Of a DNA stretch of 42,419 bases, positions 37,230-42,419 are shown piece by piece. A program made the translations under genes and the position numbers. The notes beneath the pieces are model-generated. The model was not told where the DNA came from, made no database searches, and saw only the letters and a program-made list of their open reading frames with translations. The number at the start of each line of letters is the position of its first letter. Position 1 is the stretch's first letter. Origin of the DNA: Vannella sp. (Eukaryota); the NCBI GenBank assembly GCA_023345925.1, contig JAJQQN010000037.1, forward strand, positions 1 to 42,419, written 5' to 3'.

Positions 37230-38953
37230 ATGGGCGACCGACCCGAGGACCTCCGCAGCGCTGCCATCCGCTCTGGGGACTTGAACACCATCAAAGCTTT
37301 CTTGAAAACCCATCCTCATACCCTCAATCAGGTGTGTTCCTGCTTTCGGTGCTTCTCGTCCCTTCCTCGCTCGATGGGGAGGAGGAGGGGGACTGCTTCT
37401 CCCCATCAAGCAAGGAGAAGAAGAAGAAGAGGAAGAACTCACCTCTAAGGGATTCTTTAGTCTGGTGTAAGTGACTTCAACATCCTCTCCTTCCCCCCCT
37501 TGCGCTCTCCCTTCTTTTTGATGTTTTTGATGGAGGCGATAGAGTGTAAGCAGCTACTCTATCGCCTTCCATCAGCCTTTTGGGAGGAGAAGAAGAAGGG
37601 AAGAGGAAGAACTCATCTTTTGGGGATGCTTTCAGGGTGTAAGTGGCGGATTCACCCTCCTTACCTCCCTCCCCTTTGATTTGTCGTGTTCCAGATCTTC
37701 TGGAAGGGAAGAGAATGAGCTCACCTTTGGGCACGAATGTAGAGTGTAAGTGGATATTTGATCTGGCCTCACCATTGTTGTGCCTTTGGGGGGATAAGTC
37801 ACTTTAGAGAGAGCTGACTAGTTATGGATGCGTTTAGGGTGTAAGTAACTGATCCTAACCGGCTCTGTTTGCTATCTCTTTCGGGAAAATAGCTCCAGAA
37901 GAGAAGGACTTACCATTTGGGATGCAGAAATTTCTGGTGCGCGCCTCTGCCGAGGGACAGACAGAAATCGTCAAATATCTGCTTGGTTTGCGCGCGATCG
38001 AAGTCAATTCTGTAAGTTTCCCTTCTGACAGAGCAAAGAGTCTCACTGTCGCTCTTTCAGGAAGTAAGTGACTTCTCTTTGCCTGGTTGAGACCGGAAGT
38101 GTCATTGTGGTATCTGGATGAAACGCAAATGGTGTTGGCCTCTTTCACTTTTTTTTTTTCGATCTCTGGTCAGGACCCTCCACCTTCCAGGGGATTGTCC
38201 TAGCAGGCATGACGTAAAACTCCACTAACATTTGGCCTTCTGTAGCCAGTGAGTCGCCCACACAAGTGGATGGGGAAAACGAATGAAGAATGTGGAACTC
38301 AACCGCCTTGTTTAGTTTGTAGGTAAACCTCACTATCCTCTCATCCACAAAGAAAGAGTCTTCTCTTTCCGAAAAGGGAAGAAGGCCAAAAGGGAAATCT
38401 GAGTGACGAAACGCACAAGGGCCGCCTCCCACAAAAAGTGCAGCTCTCACCAAAGGGGGCTTTCTTTAGAACGTGAGTAACTGTTTGCTGATGGATCATT
38501 CGCTGCAAAAGGGACCGACTTTCTGATTGGAGTACACAATAATCACCTTTTGGGATGCTTAGTGGGTAAGTGACTTCTTGCCTTTCGCTTCCCCATTCCA
38601 TCCAAAGAAGATAGGAGCCTCGGAAGGAACAGGGTGGGATTCCTCTGGAAGGATGACTGAGAATCATGAATCAGACGGCTTTGGATTATGCGGTGGCCGG
38701 CAATCAAGACGAGACTATCGAGCTGCTTCTCGCTGTCGGGGGCGTATGCAATAGGGTGCGCTTCAAACAGAGGGAACAATCACTCCCAAGACTCACAAAA
38801 GAGCAGGCCAGGAATCAAATCATTCTCGACCAGAGGATGCCAAGACAGTCCGTTGACAAGACCCAAAGAGCATTAGGGGCCCCAGCCCGCGTAGCTGCCG
38901 CCGTGGCCTCATCCGCCAGACGGGTGCTTCTTCCCAAGAAAGCCGAGAAATAG
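37230..38953 (+). CDS. Ankyrin-repeat protein (~165 aa) with up to 13 exons, 10 of them micro-exons
   Basis: Predicted exons: 37230-37331; 37461-37466; 37543-37545; 37636-37638; 37743-37745; 37838-37840; 37928-38011; 38061-38063; 38246-38248; 38316-38318; 38470-38472; 38563-38565; 38675-38953. Product: MGDRPEDLRSAAIRSGDLNTIKAFLKTHPHTLNQ-SG-S-G-S-G-KFLVRASAEGQTEIVKYLLGLRAIEVNS-E-P-F-N-W-TALDYAVAGNQDETIELLLAVGG.. Confidence 0.85.
37461..37840 (+). other. Micro-exon cluster 1 (TCTGGT, AGT, GGT, AGT, GGT = SG,S,G,S,G)
   Basis: ag|TCTGGT|gtaagt; ag|AGT|gtaagc; ag|GGT|gtaagt; ag|AGT|gtaagt; ag|GGT|gtaagt. Confidence 0.8.
38061..38565 (+). other. Micro-exon cluster 2 (GAA, CCA, TTT, AAC, TGG = E,P,F,N,W)
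   Basis: cag|GAA|gtaagt; tag|CCA|gtgagt; tag|TTT|gtaggt; tag|AAC|gtgagt; tag|TGG|gtaagt; branch-like ctcac/ctaac/ctcaa/atcac upstream of each. Confidence 0.82.
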
Positions 38954-39046
38954 AAGACAAACTCAAAGACATCATTTTGTGATCTTTTCGACAAGACTGC
39001 CAGACAATGCGCCTCTATCTGCCTCCATCTCACCGGGCATTAAGAC

Positions 39047-39427
39047 ATGGACATGAAACGCTCTTCTCTTGGTGCGGAAGCGGTCTGGGAAGAGGGAAAT
39101 CCATTCTTTGGGGTGATGGAGCTCCTCGACGGGGCGGAGGAGAAGCGCATCCGCAATCAGCTGCGGGATGAGGCTGCAGCCAAGTGCTCAGATGAGAAGG
39201 CTCTGTTTGGGCAGTGTGTGGCTTCAGCAAAGATCTCTACCGTCCTCTGGTGCCGTGGGCAAATGTCCAACTGGAACAACTGCCTTAAGTCACAGTGCGC
39301 CCCTCTCTCTCCTCCTTGGGCCATACTCTCACTCACCCACCTTCTCAGCAATACAGAGGAGGAGATAGAAAAGCGGCTAGCCCTCGCCATACAACAGAAG
39401 AGCCAAAAGTACAACGAACACCGATGA
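39047..39427 (+). CDS. CMC1: Twin-CX9C COX assembly factor (Cmc1-like), probable 54-nt intron 39295-39348
   Basis: EEKRIRNQLRDEAAAKC-x9-C..STVLWC-x9-CL pattern. Confidence 0.75.
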   Translation: MDMKRSSLGAEAVWEEGNPFFGVMELLDGAEEKRIRNQLRDEAAAKCSDEKALFGQCVASAKISTVLWCRGQMSNWNNCLKSQCAPLSPPWAILSLTHLLSNTEEEIEKRLALAIQQKSQKYNEHR

Positions 39428-39495
39428 GGAGGACGGAGACGGGGCGATCCAAGTACAGTACATTTATGCACCCAAGAAGGTTACAAACAACAAAA

Positions 39496-41970
39496 CTACT
39501 GCTTCTCAAGTGCTTCTGCCATAGTAGCATCCTCGCCTAGTGGGCTAAGGGGAACTTCTCGAAACTGGCGAAGGCAAGTTTTGATCTGCTCGCCAAGGCA
39601 GCCTTCCTCTTGGCCTGCCAGATTGTTGAGATAGTTCTGAAAGCCAAACTCACGAAGCTTGTCCTTCCTTGCTTCAGCGCTTTGCTCTTTGTCTCTGCAA
39701 GTCAAGTTCACCAGGCAAAGGACGGCTGCCAAGCGTATTTCCTCGTCCGTGTGAGTCTGAGAGATGATAGATTAGCTAAGAGACCCTCCCTGGAGTAGTC
39801 CACGTACCAAACCATGTCGAATATGAGCCAGAAGGGCGGGATCCATCCCAAACCACCGGTGGGAGTCATGAGCACAGATGTGGCAGATCACAAAGAGGCA
39901 TTGGCGCCTCATTTCAGTGTTCTCTGTAGTAAGCTTGTCCAATAGCATCTGACGGCAGTCAATCAGCTCGGAGGAGACGAGGAGAGAAGCATTCTTGCTG
40001 ACAATGTTGCGAAGGACAATCATTGTCTGCACTTGCAGCTCCTCAAAGGGGTCTGACAGGAGCGCCTCCCAGGTTTCCTTTCCAACCAAGTGCAGTACCT
40101 CACTCTTAATGTCCTCGCTGGCCTCGTACACCAAGTTGCGAAGCGCCCAAATGGCATTGCAGCGCAGCTCTGGCTGCGAGGCGCGGGTGAGTTCGGCTAG
40201 CTTTGACACTCCCCCGTTCTTTAAGGACTCTGAGCGGCACGCTGAGAAAGCCAAGACCAAGTTACACACGGCTGCTGAAGCGTTAATTCTTACTTCTGCG
40301 CTTGAGTCACTCAAAAGCTGTCGCATTGCGGGTGAGTCAAAGGGGAACCTGTCTAATGCGTTCAAATACCTTAATCAGAGATGCTGCCACATGCTCGTCT
40401 AGTAAGGAGGTTCGCAGCTGCTTCACAGAACGAGATAAAGACTGAATGACTCGACAAGCTGCCGAACGGATGCTCTCGGAAGAGTGAGAGAGGGACTGGA
40501 CTATCACATCAAGATGGCGAGCCACTTGGCTCCTTCCTTCATGATATTGACAGCTGGCTCCTGCCAGAACGAGGAGACAAGCCGCCCAAACCCGCTCCAT
40601 TAGAAGTCCCTCTTGGAACTGATAAGTGGCTCGATGGACTACGCAGTGCTGCTTAAAGAAGCTCACTATCACTTCAATGACTCCAGCTTCAAGAGCAGAG
40701 CGCTGCAGATCTCGATGGACCTCGATAAGACGAGCTAAAGTGACAGCCGACTCTTCGGCAAGGAACAGCTCTGCTGGAGAGGTTGCAGGAGAAAGAGAAG
40801 ACTGTAACAGTCGTAGCAGAGATGGAATGATCAGTAAGCGAGCGACTGAGTCGGAATCAAGTAAAAGGGAAGGAAATAATCGGTACAAGTTGGTCAGACA
40901 CTTTGCTGCTCCAAGCTGCGCTAAAGGTACTGAGGGGACGCGTGCGTGGGATGTCAAGAGGCTCAATAACGCACTATCTCTTAAGATAACCAGTCCAGTA
41001 CCTTCATGCTCGTAGGAGAGCTCTGCCAGGGCAAAGAATGCTGCTGAGCGGGTAGCATTAGATTCTCCTCGGATGAGTGTGAGAAGGCGTGGGAGTGCTT
41101 CTGGTAGTAATCGGTCCTGCATGAGAGATAGCCAGGCAAGCTGGGGCCGCCTCCGAAGAATTGTGGCGGGAATCCGAGAGGTCGTCGGGGCCGTTGGGTC
41201 GGGTTGTTCGGGAAACATTGTGAGGGTACAAGAGACGGGTAAGTATCGCGTGCAGCATGCCCGAGCAAGGAAGATTGCAACGTTTTCAACGATCCTCGGA
41301 TGAGAATGTCCCAGAAACGTCGAGACGCGGACAATCTCCTCTTCGGACAGCGATCCTGCAGAGCACGAGGCACTGGCTATGTTCTTCAGAGCTCGTGTGG
41401 AAGATAGTATCGTGCTTATGTTACTCTGGAACAACGTGACAACAAGCAGAGACGGAATCCCCGCTTTGATCACGTGAAGGGTTGTGATCTCGCATTCAGG
41501 GACTGTCCTTGCCTCATCCAGATCCATAAGGACCCCAACTTGCGCAGAACTGGTCCGAACAGTGACTGGAGGTTCCAGTTGGAAGTGAGTGGGCTGTGAA
41601 GGAGTGAAATTGGCGCGGCTCTTGCGGGGGGCAGTCACAACAGGAAGAGAGAGAGATCCAAGACAGTCTGCGATGAGTCCCATCAAGCAGATCTCCCCAC
41701 CTTTCAGTGCTTCAGTGAGATGGCCAGCCAACCTATGACAGAGTAAGTTAACCATCGGAATGCCCCTGCTGGTCCTTACAGCACGACCAGGCCAAGCTGT
41801 ACAAGGCGCGCCTTGGCGTGAATGGAACCAATGAGCATGTTCTTCAGTGTCCGCAAAGCCAGAAGACCTGGCCCATCCCCCCAAACCTCCATTCCAACAA
41901 GGCGCTCATAAAGGGCCCTCTCTTCACTCCCTTCCGAAGCTGGCTCCTCTCCAACGGGGCTATCCATCAT
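39496..41970 (-). CDS. ARMC8: Armadillo repeat-containing protein 8 (GID5/Vid28, CTLH complex), multi-exon
   Basis: LRTLKNMLIG..K, QSLSRSVKQLRTSL, AVCNLVLAFS, NAIWALRNL, AAVLCLVNL..R..KLREFG. Confidence 0.85.
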
Positions 41971-42339
41971 CACAGAACAACTGAGATGACGCGAAGCCCA
42001 CAAGCAGGGCAAAGAAAGCCTTTGAAGAACCAGGCTGTGCTCTCAAAGAGGTCCTCTCCACCAATCGCAGCGACGCCAAGGATACAATGACCCCATAATT
42101 ACGTCATTGTGATGGGTTCGAGATACAGTCCAGAGTTAATTAACCAACCTTCAATTTCTCAGTGTTATATGTTTTTCCCGACCGCAAGGTGAGTGCGACC
42201 GAGAAAACTGCAAACAAAGGTTGTCAGGTTTCCCCAATTCACCCTGACGTGGAGTTTTCTGATTGGCAGAGAGCTGTATTGCTCTGTCTCAGTTCAATGT
42301 GGAAGCAAACTGAACTTTCCTGAATCAGTATTGGGGAGG

Positions 42340-42419
42340 ATGTTGCCGTTGCTGATCGCTTTGGACATGGACGGGACGCTGTTGGCTACGGACAAGACCA
42401 TTTCAGAGGTGATTGAACG
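42340..42419 (+). CDS. Cof-type HAD hydrolase, N-terminus (runs off the window)
   Basis: MLPLLIALDMDGTLLATDKTISE: HAD motif I DxDGTL. Confidence 0.75.
   Translation, partial: MLPLLIALDMDGTLLATDKTISEVIE

Noticed and set aside
37440..38570. Recurring 'gtgtaagtg' motifs with unique spacers as a CRISPR-like array
   Set aside because: The repeats are short splice signals with irregular spacing, in a eukaryotic context with no cas genes; micro-exon/intron units explain them.
37477..38779. Short minus-strand ORFs across the ankyrin locus
   Set aside because: Low-complexity, with no recognisable motifs; antisense to plus-strand introns.
39295..39348. 18-aa insertion in CMC1 as a novel protein feature
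   Set aside because: More simply a stop-free 54-nt intron (gtgcgc..ctcac..ctcag).
1..42419. Fragmented ORFs as pseudogenes, frameshifts or an alternative genetic code
   Set aside because: The breaks I checked are resolved by short GT-AG introns under the standard code; TAA, TAG and TGA all serve as stops.

Overview
Gene-dense (~52% GC) eukaryotic nuclear DNA, probably a free-living protist (amoebozoan-like gene content; inference). It has short (~45-70 nt) canonical GT-AG introns and many head-to-head gene pairs. About 22 genes are mostly housekeeping: separase (3' part), GMPPB, RPL35, TFIIIC90-like, LSM5, GST, TSC2, TVP18-like, a CaaX ubiquitin-like protein, an SLC25 carrier, a UBE3B/C-like HECT ligase, CCAR1/DBC1-like, PGAP1, TMEM230-like, an RCC1-repeat protein, a small Ala/Thr/Val-rich orphan, LMF2, ARM-RhoGEF, a UBR-box E3, CMC1, ARMC8 and a Cof-type HAD (5' part). 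The standout is a small ankyrin-repeat gene at 37230-38953 (+), which the ORF track shows only as fragments. Its helical repeat cores lie in three ordinary exons. The two inter-repeat beta-hairpin loops are spelled out by two runs of five consecutive phase-0 micro-exons: nine of 3 nt (one codon each) and one of 6 nt. Each micro-exon is flanked by AG and a GTRAGY-type donor, inside mutually related, hairpin-containing introns. This looks like one-codon-per-exon construction of a ligand-binding loop. All splicing is predicted from sequence only.
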